Shown here: one piece after another, positions 49,836 to 64,000 of the stretch
Position numbering within the stretch: the first letter of the stretch is position 1
Layout of the letters: every line of letters starts with the position of its first letter
DNA from: Octopus sinensis
Lineage: Eukaryota
Assembly: GCF_006345805.1 (NCBI RefSeq)
Contig: NC_042997.1
Span: forward strand, 206,832,001-206,896,000
DNA length: 64,000 bases
Direction: 5' to 3'
Program-made: the position numbers and the translations under genes
Notes under the pieces: generated by a model
Database searches by the model: none
The model's input: only the letters and a program-made list of their open reading frames with translations
What the model was told of the DNA's origin: nothing

Positions 49836-52800
49836 AAACATCACTGGAATTTTGGTTTCAAATTTTGGCACAAGGCCAGCAATTTCAGGAGAGTGGCTAA
49901 GTCAATTACATCAACCCCAGTGCTCAATTGGTACTTATTTTATTGACCATAAACATCACTGGAATTTTGGTTTCAAATTTTGGCACAAGGCCAGCAATTT
50001 CAGGAGAGTGGCTAAGTCAATTACATCAACCCCAGTGCTCAACTGGTACTTATTTTATTGACCATAAACATCACTGGAATTTTGGTTTCAAATTTTGGCA
50101 CAAGGCCAGCAATTTCAGGAGAGTGGCTAAGTCAATTACATCAACCCCAGTGCTCAACTGGTACTTATTTTATTGACCATAAACATCACTGGAATTTTGG
50201 TTTCAAATTTTGGCACAAGGCCAGCAATTTCAGGAGAGTGGCTAAGTCAATTACATCAACCCCAGTGCTCAACTGGTACTTATTTTATTGACCATAAACA
50301 TCACTGGAATTTTGGTTTCAAATTTTGGCACAAGGCCAGCAATTTCAGGAGAGTGGCTAAGTCAATTACATCAACCCCAGTGCTCATCAGGTACTTATTT
50401 TATTGACCATAAACATCACTGGAATTTGGTTTCAAATTTTGGCACAAGGCCAGCAATTTCAGGAGAGTGGCTAAGTCAATTACATCAACCCCAGTGCTCA
50501 ACTGGTACTTATTTTATTGACCATAAACATCACTGGAATTTTGGTTTTAAATTTTGGCACAAGGCCAGCAATTTCAGGAGAGTGGCTAAGTCAATTACAT
50601 CAACCCCAGTGATCAACTGGTACTTATTTTATTGACCATAAACATCACTGGAATTTTGGTTTCAAATTTTGGCACAAGGCCAGCAATTTCAGGAGAGTGG
50701 CTAAGTCAATTACATCAACCCCAGTGCTCAACTGGTACTTATTTTATTGACCATAAACATCACTGAGATTTTGGTTTCTAATTTTGGCACAAGGCCAGCA
50801 ATTTCAGGAGAGTGGCTAAGTCAATTACATCAACCCCAGTGCTCAACTGGTACTTATTTTATTGACCATAAACATCACTGGAATTTTGGTTTCAAATTTT
50901 GGCACAAGGCCAGCAATTTCAGGAGAGTGGCTAAGTCAATTACATCAACCCCAGTGCTCAACTGGTACTTATTTTATTGACCATAAACATCACTGGAATT
51001 TTGGTTTCAAATTTTGGCACAAGGCCAGCAATTTCAGGAGAGTGGCTAAGTCAATTACATCAACCCCAGTGATCATCTGGTACTTATTTTATTGACCATA
51101 AACATCACTGGAATTTTGGTTTTCAATTTTGGCAGAAGGCCAGCAATTTCAGGAGAGTGGCTCAGTCAATTACATCAATCCCAGTGATCAATTGGTACTT
51201 ATTTAATTGACCATAAAAATCAGTGGAATTTTGGTTTTAAATTTTGGCAGAAGCCCAGCAATTTCAGGAGAGTGTCTAAGTCAATTACATCAACACCAGT
51301 GCTCAACTGGTACTTATTTTATTGACCATAAACATCACTGGAATTTTGGTTTTAAATTTTGGTAGAAGGCCAGCAATTTCAGGAGAGTGGCTCAGTCAAT
51401 TACATCAACCCCAGTGCTCAATTGGTACTTATTTTATTGACCATAAACATCACTGGAATTTTGGTTTCCAATTTTGGAAGAAGGCCAGCAATTTCAGGAG
51501 AGTGGCTAAGTCAATTACATCAACCCCAGTGATCAACTGGTACTTATTTTATTGACCATAAACATCACTGGAATTTTGGTTTCAAATTTTGGCACAAGGC
51601 CAGCAATTTCAGGAGAGTGGCTAAGTCAATTACATCAACCCCAGTGATCAACTGGTACTTATTTTATTGACCATAAACATCACTGGAATTTTGGTTTCAA
51701 ATTTTGGCACAAGGCCAGCAATTTCAGGAGAGTGGCTAAGTCAATTACATCAACCCCAGTGCTCAACTGGTACTTATTTTATTGACCATAAACATCACTG
51801 GAATTTTCGTTTCAAATTTTGGCACAAGGCCAGCAATTTCAGGAGAGTGGCTAAGTCAATTACATCAACCCCAGTGCTCAACTGGTACTTATTTTATTGA
51901 CCATAAACATCACTGGAATTTGGTTTCAAATTTTGGCACAAGGCCAGCAATTTCAGGAGAGTGGCTAAGTCAATTACATCAACCCCAGTGCTCAACTGGT
52001 ACTTATTTTATTGACCATAAACATCACTGGAATTTTGGTTTCAAATTTTGGCACAAGGCCAGCAATTTCAGGAGAGTGGCTAAGTCAATTACATCAACCC
52101 CAGTGATCAACTGGTACTTATTTTATTGACCATAAACATCACTGGAATTTTGGTTTCAAATTTTGGCACAAGGCCAGCAATTTCAGGAGAGTGGCTAAGT
52201 CAATTACATCAACCCCAGTGATCAACTGGTACTTATTTTATTGACCATAAACATCACTGGAATTTTGGTTTCAAATTTTGGCACAAGGCCAGCAATTTCA
52301 GGAGAGTGGCTAAGTCAATTACATCAACCCCAGTGATCAATTGGTACTTATTTTATTGACCATAAACATCACTGGAATTTTCGTTTCAAATTTTGGCACA
52401 AGGCCAGCAATTTCAGGAGAGTGGCTAAGTCAATTACATCAACCCCAGTGATCAACTGGTACTTATTTTATTGACCATAAACATCACTGGAATTTTGGTT
52501 TCAAATTTTGGCACAAGGCCAGCAATTTCAGGAGAGTGGCTAAGTCAATTACATCAACCCCAGTGCTCAACTGGTACTTATTTTATTGACCATAAACATC
52601 GCTGGAATTTTCGTTTCAAATTTTGGCACAAGGCCAGCAATTTCAGGAGAGTGGCTAAGTCAATTACATCAACCCCAGTGCTCAACTGGTACTTATTTTA
52701 TTGACCATAAACATCACTGGAATTTTCGTTTCAAATTTTGGCACAAGGCCAGCAATTTCAGGAGAGTGGCTAAGTCAATTACATCAACCCCAGTGCTCAA

Positions 52801-55800
52801 CTGGTACTTATTTTATTGACCATAAACATCACTGGAATTTTGGTTTCAAATTTTGGCACAAGGCCAGCAATTTCAGGAGAGTGGCTAAGTCAATTACATC
52901 AACCCCAGTGCTCAACTGGTACTTATTTTATTGACCATAAACATCACTGGAATTTTGGTTTCAAATTTTGGCACAAGGCCAGCAATTTCAGGAGAGTGGC
53001 TAAGTCAATTACATCAACCCCAGTGCTCAACTGGTACTTATTTTATTGACCATAAACATCACTGGAATTTTGGTTTCAAATTTTGGCACAAGGCCAGCAA
53101 TTTCAGGAGAGTGGCTAAGTCAATTACATCAACCCCAGTGCTCAACTGGTACTTATTTTATTGACCATAAACATCACTGGAATTTTGGTTTCAAATTTTG
53201 GCACAAGGCCAGCAATTTCAGGAGAGTGGCTAAGTCAATTACATCAACCCCAGTGATCAACTGGTACTTATTTTATTGACCATAAACATCACTGGAATTT
53301 TGGTTTCAAATTTTGGCACAAGGCCAGCAATTTCAGGAGAGTGGCTAAGTCAATTACATCAACCCCAGTGCTCAACTGGTACTTATTTTATTGACCATAA
53401 ACATCACTGGAATTTTGGTTTCAAATTTTGGCACAAGGCCAGCAATTTCAGGAGAGTGGCTAAGTCAATTACATCAACCCCAGTGCTCAACTGGTACTTA
53501 TTTTATTGACCATAAACATCACTGGAATTTTGGTTTCAAATTTTGGCACAAGGCCAGCAATTTCAGGAGAGTGGCTAAGTCAATTACATCAACCCCAGTG
53601 CTCAACTGGTACTTATTTTATTGACCATAAACATCACTGGAATTTTGGTTTCAAATTTTGGCACAAGGCCAGCAATTTCAGGAGAGTGGCTAAGTCAATT
53701 ACATCAACCCCAGTGCTCAACTGGTACTTATTTTATTGACCATAAACATCACTGGAATTTTGGTTTCAAATTTTGGCACAAGGCCAGCAATTTCAGGAGA
53801 GTGGCTAAGTCAATTACATCAACCCCAGTGCTCAACTGGTACTTATTTTATTGACCATAAACATCACTGGAATTTTGGTTTCAAATTTTGGCACAAGGCC
53901 AGCAATTTCAGGAGAGTGGCTAAGTCAATTACATCAACCCCAGTGCTCAACTGGTACTTATTTTATTGACCATAAACATCACTGGAATTTTGGTTTCAAA
54001 TTTTGGCACAAGGCCAGCAATTTCAGGAGAGTGGCTAAGTCAATTACATCAACCCCAGTGCTCAACTGGTACTTATTTTATTGACCATAAACATCACTGG
54101 AATTTTGGTTTCAAATTTTGGCACAAGGCCAGCAATTTCAGGAGAGTGGCTAAGTCAATTACATCAACCCCAGTGCTCAACTGGTACTTATTTTATTGAC
54201 CATAAACATCACTGGAATTTTGGTTTCAAATTTTGGCACAAGGCCAGCAATTTCAGGAGAGTGGCTAAGTCAATTACATCAACCCCAGTGCTCAACTGGT
54301 ACTTATTTTATTGACCATAAACATCACTGGAATTTTGGTTTCAAATTTTGGCACAAGGCCAGCAATTTCAGGAGAGTGGCTAAGTCAATTACATCAACCC
54401 CAGTGCTCAACTGGTACTTATTTTATTGACCATAAACATCACTGGAATTTTGGTTTCAAATTTTGGCACAAGGCCAGCAATTTCAGGAGAGTGCTAAGTC
54501 AATTACATCAACCCCAGTGCTCAACTGGTACTTATTTTATTGACCATAAACATCACTGGAATTTTGGTTTCAAATTTTGGCACAAGGCCAGCAATTTCAG
54601 GAGAGTGGCTAAGTCAATTACATCAACCCCAGTGCTCAACTGGTACTTATTTTATTGACCATAAACATCACTGGAATTTTGGTTTCAAATTTTGGCACAA
54701 GGCCAGCAATTTCAGGAGAGTGGCTAAGTCAATTACATCAACCCCAGTGCTCAACTGGTACTTATTTTATTGACCATAAACATCACTGGAATTTTGGTTT
54801 CAAATTTTGGCACAAGGCCAGCAATTTCAGGAGAGTGGCTAAGTCAATTACATCAACCCCAGTGATCAACTGGTACTTATTTTATTGACCATAAACATCA
54901 CTGGAATTTTGGTTTCAAATTTTGGCACAAGGCCAGCAATTTCAGGAGAGTGGCTAAGTCAATTACATCAACCCCAGTGCTCAACTGGTACTTATTTTAT
55001 TGACCATAAACATCACTGGAATTTTGGTTTCAAATTTTGGCACAAGGCCAGCAATTTCAGGAGAGTGGCTAAGTCAATTACATCAACCCCAGTGCTCAAC
55101 TGGTACTTATTTTATTGACCATAAACATCACTGGAATTTTGGTTTAAATTTTGGCACAAGGCCAGCAATTTCAGGAGAGTGGCTAAGTCAATTACATCAA
55201 CCCCAGTGCTCAACTGGTACTTATTTTATTGACCATAAACATCACTGGAATTTTGGTTTCAAATTTTGGCACAAGGCCAGCAATTTCAGGAGAGTGGCTA
55301 AGTCAATTACATCAACCCCAGTGCTCAACTGGTACTTATTTTATTGACCATAAACATCACTGGAATTTTGGTTTCAAATTTTGGCACAAGGCCAGCAATT
55401 TCAGGAGAGTGGCTAAGTCAATTACATCAACCCCAGTGCTCAACTGGTACTTATTTTATTGACCATAAACATCACTGGAATTTTGGTTTCAAATTTTGGC
55501 ACAAGGCCAGCAATTTCAGGAGAGTGGCTAAGTCAATTACATCAACCCCAGTGCTCAACTGGTACTTATTTTATTGACCATAAACATCACTGGAATTTTG
55601 GTTTAAATTTTGGCACAAGGCCAGCAATTTCAGGAGAGTGGCTAAGTCAATTACATCAACCGCAGTGCTCAACTGGTACTTATTTTATTGACCATTAACA
55701 TCACTGGAATTTTGGTTTAAATTTTGGCACAAGGCCAGCAATTTCAGGAGAGTGGCTAAGTCAATTACATCAACCCCAGTGTTCAACTGGTACTTATTTT

Positions 55801-58800
55801 ATTGACCATAAACATCACTGGAATTTTGGTTTCAAATTTTGGCACAAGGCCAGCAATTTCAGGAGAGTGGCTAAGTCAATTACATCAACCCCAGTGATCA
55901 ACTGGTACTTATTTTATTGACCATAAACATCACTGGAATTTTGGTTTTAAATTTTGGCAGAAGGCCAGCAATTTCAGGAGAGTGGCTAAGTCAATTACAT
56001 CAACCCCAGTGATCAACTGGTACTTATTTTATTGACCATAAACATCACTGGAATTTTGGTTTTAAATTTTGGCACAAGGCCAGCAATTTCAGGAGAGTGG
56101 CTAAGTCAATTACATCAACCCCAGTGCTCAACTGGTACTTATTTTATTGACCATAAACATCACTGGAATTTTGGTTTTAAATTTTGGCAGAAGGCCAGCA
56201 ATTTCAGGAGAGTGGCTAAGTCAATTACATCAACCCCAGTGCTCAACTGGTACTTATTTTATTGACCATAAACATCACTGGAATTTTGGTTTTAAATTTT
56301 GGCACAAGGCCAGCAATTTCAGGAGAGTGGCTAAGTCAATTACATCAACCCCAGTGCTCAACTGGTACTTATTTTATTGACCATAAACATCACTGGAATT
56401 TTGGTTTTAAATTTTGGCAGAAGGCCAGCAATTTCAGGAGAGTGGCTAAGTCAATTACATCAACCCCAGTGATCAACTGGTACTTATTTTATTGACCATA
56501 AACATCACTGGAATTTTGGTTTTAAATTTTGGCACAAGGCCAGCAATTTCAGGAGAGTGGCTAAGTCAATTACATCAACCCCAGTGCTCAACTGGTACTT
56601 ATTTTATTGACCATAAACATCACTGGAATTTTGGTTTCAAATTTTGGCAGAAGGCCAGCAATTTCAGGAGAGTGGCTAAGTCAATTACATCAACCCCAGT
56701 GCTCAACTGGTACTTATTTTATTGACCATAAACATCACTGGAATTTTGGTTTAAATTTTGGCACAAGGCCAGCAATTTCAGGAGAGTGTCTAAGTCAATT
56801 ACATCAACCCCAGTGCTCAACTGGTACTTATTTTATTGACCATAAACATCACTGGAATTTTGGTTTTCAAATTTTGGCACAAGGCCAGCAATTTCAGGAG
56901 AGTGGCTAAGTCAATTACATCAACCCCAGTGCTCAACTGGTACTTATTTTATTGACCATAAACATCACTGGAATTTTGGTTTTAAATTTTGGCACAAGGC
57001 CAGCAATTTCAGGAGAGTGGCTAAGTCAATTACATCAACCCCAGTGCTCAACTGGTACTTATTTTATTGACCATAAACATCACTGGAATTTTGGTTTCAA
57101 ATTTTGGCACAAGGCCAGCAATTTCAGGAGAGTGGCTAAGTCAATTACATCAACCCCAGTGCTCAACTGGTACTTATTTTATTGACCATAAACATCACTG
57201 GAATTTTGGTTTCAAATTTTGGCACAAGGCCAGCAATTTCAGGAGAGGCTAAGTCAATTACATCAACCCCAGTGCTCAACTGGTACTTATTTTATTGACC
57301 ATAAACATCACTGGAATTTTGGTTTCAAATTTTGGCACAAGGCCAGCAATTTCAGGAGAGTGGCTAAGTCAATTACATCAACCCCAGTGCTCAACTGGTA
57401 CTTATTTTATTGACCATAAACATCACTGGAATTTTGGTTTCAAATTTTGGCACAAGGCCAGCAATTTCAGGAGAGTGGCTAAGTCAATTACATCAACCCC
57501 AGTGCTCAACTGGTACTTATTTTATTGACCATAAACATCACTGGAATTTTGGTTTCAAATTTTGGCACAAGGCCAGCAATTTCAGGAGAGTGGCTAAGTC
57601 AATTACATCAACCCCAGTGCTCAACTGGTACTTATTTTATTGACCATAAACATCACTGGAATTTTGGTTTCAAATTTTGGCACAAGGCCAGCAATTTCAG
57701 GAGAGTGGCTAAGTCAATTACATCAACCCCAGTGCTCAACTGGTACTTATTTTATTGACCATAAACATCACTGGAATTTTGGTTTCAAATTTTGGCACAA
57801 GGCCAGCAATTTCAGGAGAGTGGCTAAGTCAATTACATCAACCCCAGTGCTCAACTGGTACTTATTTTATTGACCATAAACATCACTGGAATTTTGGTTT
57901 CAAATTTTGGCACAAGGCCAGCAATTTCAGGAGAGTGGCTAAGTCAATTACATCAACCCCAGTGCTCAACTGGTACTTATTTTATTGACCATAAACATCA
58001 CTGGAATTTTGGTTTCAAATTTTGGCACAAGGCCAGCAATTTCAGGAGAGTGGCTAAGTCAATTACATCAACCCCAGTGCTCAACTGGTACTTATTTTAT
58101 TGACCATAAACATCACTGGAATTTTGGTTTCAAATTTTGGCACAAGGCCAGCAATTTCAGGAGAGTGGCTAAGTCAATTACATCAACCCCAGTGCTCAAC
58201 TGGTACTTATTTTATTGACCATAAACATCACTGGAATTTTGGTTTCAAATTTTGGCACAAGGCCAGCAATTTCAGGAGAGTGCTAAGTCAATTACATCAA
58301 CCCCAGTGCTCAACTGGTACTTATTTTATTGACCATAAACATCACTGGAATTTTGGTTTCAAATTTTGGCACAAGGCCAGCAATTTCAGGAGAGTGGCTA
58401 AGTCAATTACATCAACCCCAGTGCTCAACTGGTACTTATTTTATTGACCATAAACATCACTGGAATTTTGGTTTCAAATTTTGGCACAAGGCCAGCAATT
58501 TCAGGAGAGTGGCTAAGTCAATTACATCAACCCCAGTGCTCAACTGGTACTTATTTTATTGACCATAAACATCACTGGAATTTTGGTTTCAAATTTTGGC
58601 ACAAGGCCAGCAATTTCAGGAGAGTGGCTAAGTCAATTACATCAACCCCAGTGCTCAACTGGTACTTATTTTATTGACCATAAACATCACTGGAATTTTG
58701 GTTTCAAATTTTGGCACAAGGCCAGCAATTTCAGGAGAGTGGCTAAGTCAATTACATCAACCCCAGTGCTCAACTGGTACTTATTTTATTGACCATAAAC

Positions 58801-61800
58801 ATCACTGGAATTTTGGTTTCAAATTTTGGCACAAGGCCAGCAATTTCAGGAGAGTGGCTAAGTCAATTACATCAACCCCAGTGCTCAACTGGTACTTATT
58901 TTATTGACCATAAACATCACTGGAATTTTGGTTTCAAATTTTGGCACAAGGCCAGCAATTTCAGGAGAGTGGCTAAGTCAATTACATCAACCCCAGTGCT
59001 CAACTGGTACTTATTTTATTGACCATAAACATCACTGGAATTTTGGTTTCAAATTTTGGCACAAGGCCAGCAATTTCAGGAGAGTGGCTAAGTCAATTAC
59101 ATCAACCCCAGTGCTCAACTGGTACTTATTTTATTGACCATAAACATCACTGGAATTTTGGTTTCAAATTTTGGCACAAGGCCAGCAATTTCAGGAGAGT
59201 GGCTAAGTCAATTACATCAACCCCAGTGCTCAACTGGTACTTATTTTATTGACCATAAACATCACTGGAATTTTGGTTTCAAATTTTGGCACAAGGCCAG
59301 CAATTTCAGGAGAGTGGCTAAGTCAATTACATCAACCCCAGTGCTCAACTGGTACTTATTTTATTGACCATAAACATCACTGGAATTTTGGTTTCAAATT
59401 TTGGCACAAGGCCAGCAATTTCAGGAGAGTGGCTAAGTCAATTACATCAACCCCAGTGCTCAACTGGTACTTATTTTATTGACCATAAACATCACTGAGA
59501 TTTTGCTTTCTAATTTTGGCAGAAGGCCAGCAATTTCAGGAGAGTGACTAAGTCAATTACATCAACCCCAGTGCTCAACTGGTACTTATTTTATTGAACA
59601 TAAACATCACTGGAAATTTGGTTTCCAATTTTGGCAGAAGGCCAGCAATTTCAGGAGAGTGTCTAAGTCAATTACATCAACACCAGTGCTCAACTGCTAC
59701 TTATTTTATTGACCATAAACATCACTGAGATTTTGGTTTCAAATTTTGGCACAAGGCCAGCAATTTCAGGAGAGTGACTAAGTCAATTACATCAACCCCA
59801 GTGCTCAACTGGTACTTATTTTATTGACCATAAACATCACTGGAATTTTGGTTTTAAATTTTGGCACAAGGCCAGCAATTTCAGGAGAGTGGCTAAGTCA
59901 ATTACATCAACCCCAGTGCTCAACTGGTACTTATTTTATTGACCATAAACATCACTGAGATTTTGGTTTCTAATTTTGGCACAAGGCCAGCAATTTCAGG
60001 AGAGTGACTAAGTCAATTACATCAACCCCAGTGCTCAACTGGTACTTATTTTATTGACCATAAACATCACTGGAATTTTGGTTTCAAATTTTGGCACAAG
60101 GCCAGCAATTTCAGGAGAGTGGCTAAGTCAATTACGTCAACCCCAGTGCTCAACTGGTATTTATTTTATTGACCATAATTATCACTGGAATTTTGGTTTC
60201 AAATTTTGGCACAAGGCCAGCAATTTCAGGAGAGTGTCTAAGTCAATTACATCAACCCCAGTGCACAACTGGTACTTATTTTATTGACCATAAACATCAC
60301 TGGAATTTTGGTTTCAAATTTTGGCACAAGGCCAGCAATTTCAGGAGAGTGCTAAGTCAATTACATCAACCCCAGTGCTCAACTGGTACTTATTTTATTG
60401 ACCATAAACATCACTGGAATTTTGGTTTCAAATTTTGGCACAAGGCCAGCAATTTCAGGAGAGTGCTAAGTCAATTACATCAACCCCAGTGCTCAACTGG
60501 TACTTATTTTATTGACCATAAACATCACTGGAATTTTGGTTTCAAATTTTGGCACAAGGCCAGCAATTTCAGGAGAGTGTCTAAGTCAATTACATCAACC
60601 CCAGTGCTCAACTGGTACTTATTTTATTGACCATAAACATCACTGGAATTTTGGTTTCAAATTTTGGCACAAGGCCAGCAATTTCAGGAGAGTGCTAAGT
60701 CAATTACATCAACCCCAGTGCTCAACTGGTACTTATTTTATTGACCATAAACATCACTGGAATTTTGGTTTCAAATTTTGGCACAAGGCCAGCAATTTCA
60801 GGAGAGTGGCTAAGTCAATTACATCAACCCCAGTGCTCAACTGGTACTTATTTTATTGACCATAAACATCACTGGAATTTTGGTTTCAAATTTTGGCACA
60901 AGGCCAGCAATTTCAGGAGAGTGGCTAAGTCAATTACATCAACCCCAGTGCTCAACTGGTACTTATTTTATTGACCATAAACATCACTGGAATTTTGGTT
61001 TCAAATTTTGGCACAAGGCCAGCAATTTCAGGAGAGTGCTAAGTCAATTACATCAACCCCAGTGCTCAACTGGTACTTATTTTATTGACCATAAACATCA
61101 CTGGAATTTTGGTTTCAAATTTTGGCACAAGGCCAGCAATTTCAGGAGAGTGGCTAAGTCAATTACATCAACCCCAGTGCTCAACTGGTACTTATTTTAT
61201 TGACCATAAACATCACTGGAATTTTGGTTTCAAATTTTGGCACAAGGCCAGCAATTTCAGGAGAGTGGCTAAGTCAATTACATCAACCCCAGTGCTCAAC
61301 TGGTACTTATTTTATTGACCATAAACATCACTGGAATTTTGGTTTCAAATTTTGGCACAAGGCCAGCAATTTCAGGAGAGTGGCTAAGTCAATTACATCA
61401 ACCCCAGTGCTCAACTGGTACTTATTTTATTGACCATAAACATCACTGGAATTTTGGTTTCAAATTTTGGCACAAGGCCAGCAATTTCAGGAGAGTGTCT
61501 AAGTCAATTACATCAACCCCAGTGCTCAACTGGTACTTATTTTATTGACCATAAACATCACTGGAATTTTGGTTTCAAATTTTGGCAGAAGGCCAGCAAT
61601 TTCAGGAGAATGTCTAAGTCAATTACATCAACCCCAGTGCTCAACTGGTACTTATTTTATTGACCATAAACATCACTGGAATTTTCGTTTTAAATTTTGG
61701 TAGAAGGCCAGCAATTTCAGGAGAGTGGCTAAGTCAATTACATCAACCCCAGTGCTCAACTGGTACTTATTTTATTGACCATACCCAGCACTGGAATTTT

Positions 61801-64000
61801 GGTTTTAAATTTTGGCAGAAGGCCAGCAATTTCAGGAGAGTGTCTAAGTCAATTACATCAACCCCAGTGATCAACTGGTACTTATTTTATTGACCATAAA
61901 CATCACTGGAATTTTGGTTTCAAATTTTGGCACAAGGCCAGCAATTTCAGGAGAGTGGCTAAGTCAATTACATCAACCCCAGTGCTCAACTGGTACTTAT
62001 TTTATTGACCATAAACATCACTGGAATTTTGGTTTCAAATTTTGGCAGAAGGCCAGCAATTTCAGGAGAGTGGCTAAGTCAATTACATCAACCCCAGTGC
62101 TCAACTGGTACTTATTTTATTGACCATAAACATCACTGGAATTTTGGTTTCAAATTTTGGCACAAGGCCAGCAATTTCAGGAGAGTGTCTAAGTCAATTA
62201 CATCAACCCCAGTGCTCAACTGGTACTTATTTTATTGACCATAAACATCACTGGAATTTTGGTTTCAAATTTTGGCACAAGGCCAGCAATTTCAGGAGAG
62301 GACTAAGTCAATTACATCAACCCTAGTGCTCAACTGGTACTTATTTTATTGACCATAAACATCACTGGAATTTTGGTTTCAAATTTTGGCACAAGGCCAG
62401 CAATTTCAGGAGAGTGGCTAAGTCAATTACATCAACCCCAGTGCTCAACTGGTACTTATTTTATTGACCATAAACATCACTGGAATTTTGGTTTCAAATT
62501 TTGGCACAAGGCCAGCAATTTCAGGAGAGTGGCTAAGTCAATTACATCAACCCCAGTGCTCAACTGGTACTTATTTTATTGACCATAAACATCACTGGAA
62601 TTTTGGTTTCAAATTTTGGCACAAGGCCAGCAATTTCAGGAGAGTGGCTAAGTCAATTACATCAACCCCAGTGCTCAACTGGTACTTATTTTATTGACCA
62701 TAAACATCACTGGAATTTTGGTTTCAAATTTTGGCACAAGGCCAGCAATTTCAGGAGAGTGCTAAGTCAATTACATCAACCCCAGTGCTCAACTGGTACT
62801 TATTTTATTGACCATAAACATCACTGGAATTTTGGTTTCAAATTTTGGCACAAGGCCAGCAATTTCAGGAGAGTGCTAAGTCAATTACATCAACCCCAGT
62901 GCTCAACTGGTACTTATTTTATTGACCATAAACATCACTGGAATTTTGGTTTCAAATTTTGGCACAAGGCCAGCAATTTCAGGAGAGTGGCTAAGTCAAT
63001 TACATCAACCCCAGTGCTCAACTGGTACTTATTTTATTGACCATAAACATCACTGGAATTTTGGTTTCAAATTTTGGCACAAGGCCAGCAATTTCAGGAG
63101 AGTGGCTAAGTCAATTACATCAACCCCAGTGCTCAACTGGTACTTATTTTATTGACCATAAACATCACTGGAATTTTGGTTTCAAATTTTGGCACAAGGC
63201 CAGCAATTTCAGGAGAGTGTCTAAGTCAATTACATCAACCCCAGTGCTCAACTGGTACTTATTTTATTGACCATAAACATCACTGGAATTTTGGTTTCAA
63301 ATTTTGGCACAAGGCCAGCAATTTCAGGAGAGTGTCTAAGTCAATTACATCAACCCCAGTGCTCAACTGGTACTTATTTTATTGACCATAAACATCACTG
63401 GAATTTTGGTTTCAAATTTTGGCACAAGGCCAGCAATTTCAGGAGAGTGTCTAAGTCAATTACATCAACCCCAGTGCTCAACTGGTACTTATTTTATTGA
63501 CCATAAACATCACTGGAATTTTGGTTTCAAATTTTGGCACAAGGCCAGCAATTTCAGGAGAGTGGTCTAAGTCAATTACATCAACCCCAGTGCTCAACTG
63601 GTACTTATTTTATTGACCATAAACATCACTGGAATTTTGGTTTCAAATTTTGGCACAAGGCCAGCAATTTCAGGAGAGTGTCTAAGTCAATTACATCAAC
63701 CCCAGTGCTCAACTGGTACTTATTTTATTGACCATAAACATCACTGGAATTTTGGTTTCAAATTTTGGCACAAGGCCAGCAATTTCAGGAGAGTGGCTAA
63801 GTCAATTACATCAACCCCAGTGCTCAACTGGTACTTATTTTATTGACCATAAACATCACTGGAATTTTGGTTTCAAATTTTGGCACAAGGCCAGCAATTT
63901 CAGGAGAGTGGCTAAGTCAATTACATCAACCCCAGTGCTCAACTGGTACTTATTTTATTGACCATAAACATCACTGGAATTTTGGTTTCAAATTTTGGCA
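49836..64000. repeat. 115-bp tandem satellite, ~123 monomers, runs off the window end
   Basis: Monomer aaacatcactggaattttggtttcaaattttggcacaaggccagcaatttcaggagagtggctaagtcaattacatcaaccccagtgctcaactggtacttattttattgaccat repeated head-to-tail. Confidence 0.98.

Noticed and set aside
49852-63961. Dozens of 77-aa and 115-aa ORFs (MTINITGILVSNFGTRPAISGEW...)
   Set aside because: They are a by-product of a 115-bp monomer (not a multiple of 3) cycling through frames; no protein motifs
49836-64000. CRISPR-like regular array
   Set aside because: No unique spacers, no cas genes, eukaryotic context; it is a head-to-tail satellite

Overview
AT-rich, repeat-dense eukaryotic DNA. The repeat families look like octopus/cephalopod to me (inference, not searched). 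One host gene runs on the minus strand across the window: a PARP14-like macro-PARP with 12 reconstructable exons (49629 down to 2686) encoding an RRM end, a long linker and three macrodomains. WWE and catalytic exons are not seen and probably lie left of the window. Macrodomains 2 and 3 are a duplicated four-exon, phase-1/phase-1 cassette. They share a ~430-bp near-identical (probably gene-converted) tract, while the adjacent coding sequence differs at 20 amino acids. The exons carry four single-base frameshifts in base runs and no other nonsense codons, so assembly error is more likely than pseudogenisation. Introns hold R4/Dong-like LINEs in (AAT)n, RTE LINEs with (GAT)n tails, a CR1-like LINE, three Penelope-like elements (one with an intact RT+GIY-YIG ORF), a mariner, a hAT MITE, a probable nested Helitron, SINEs and several hammerhead-ribozyme motifs (one canonical, on the gene's sense strand). 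From 49836 to the end is a >14-kb intronic satellite of ~123 115-bp monomers, largely derived from a dispersed SINE-like repeat; the 77-aa ORFs there are artefacts.
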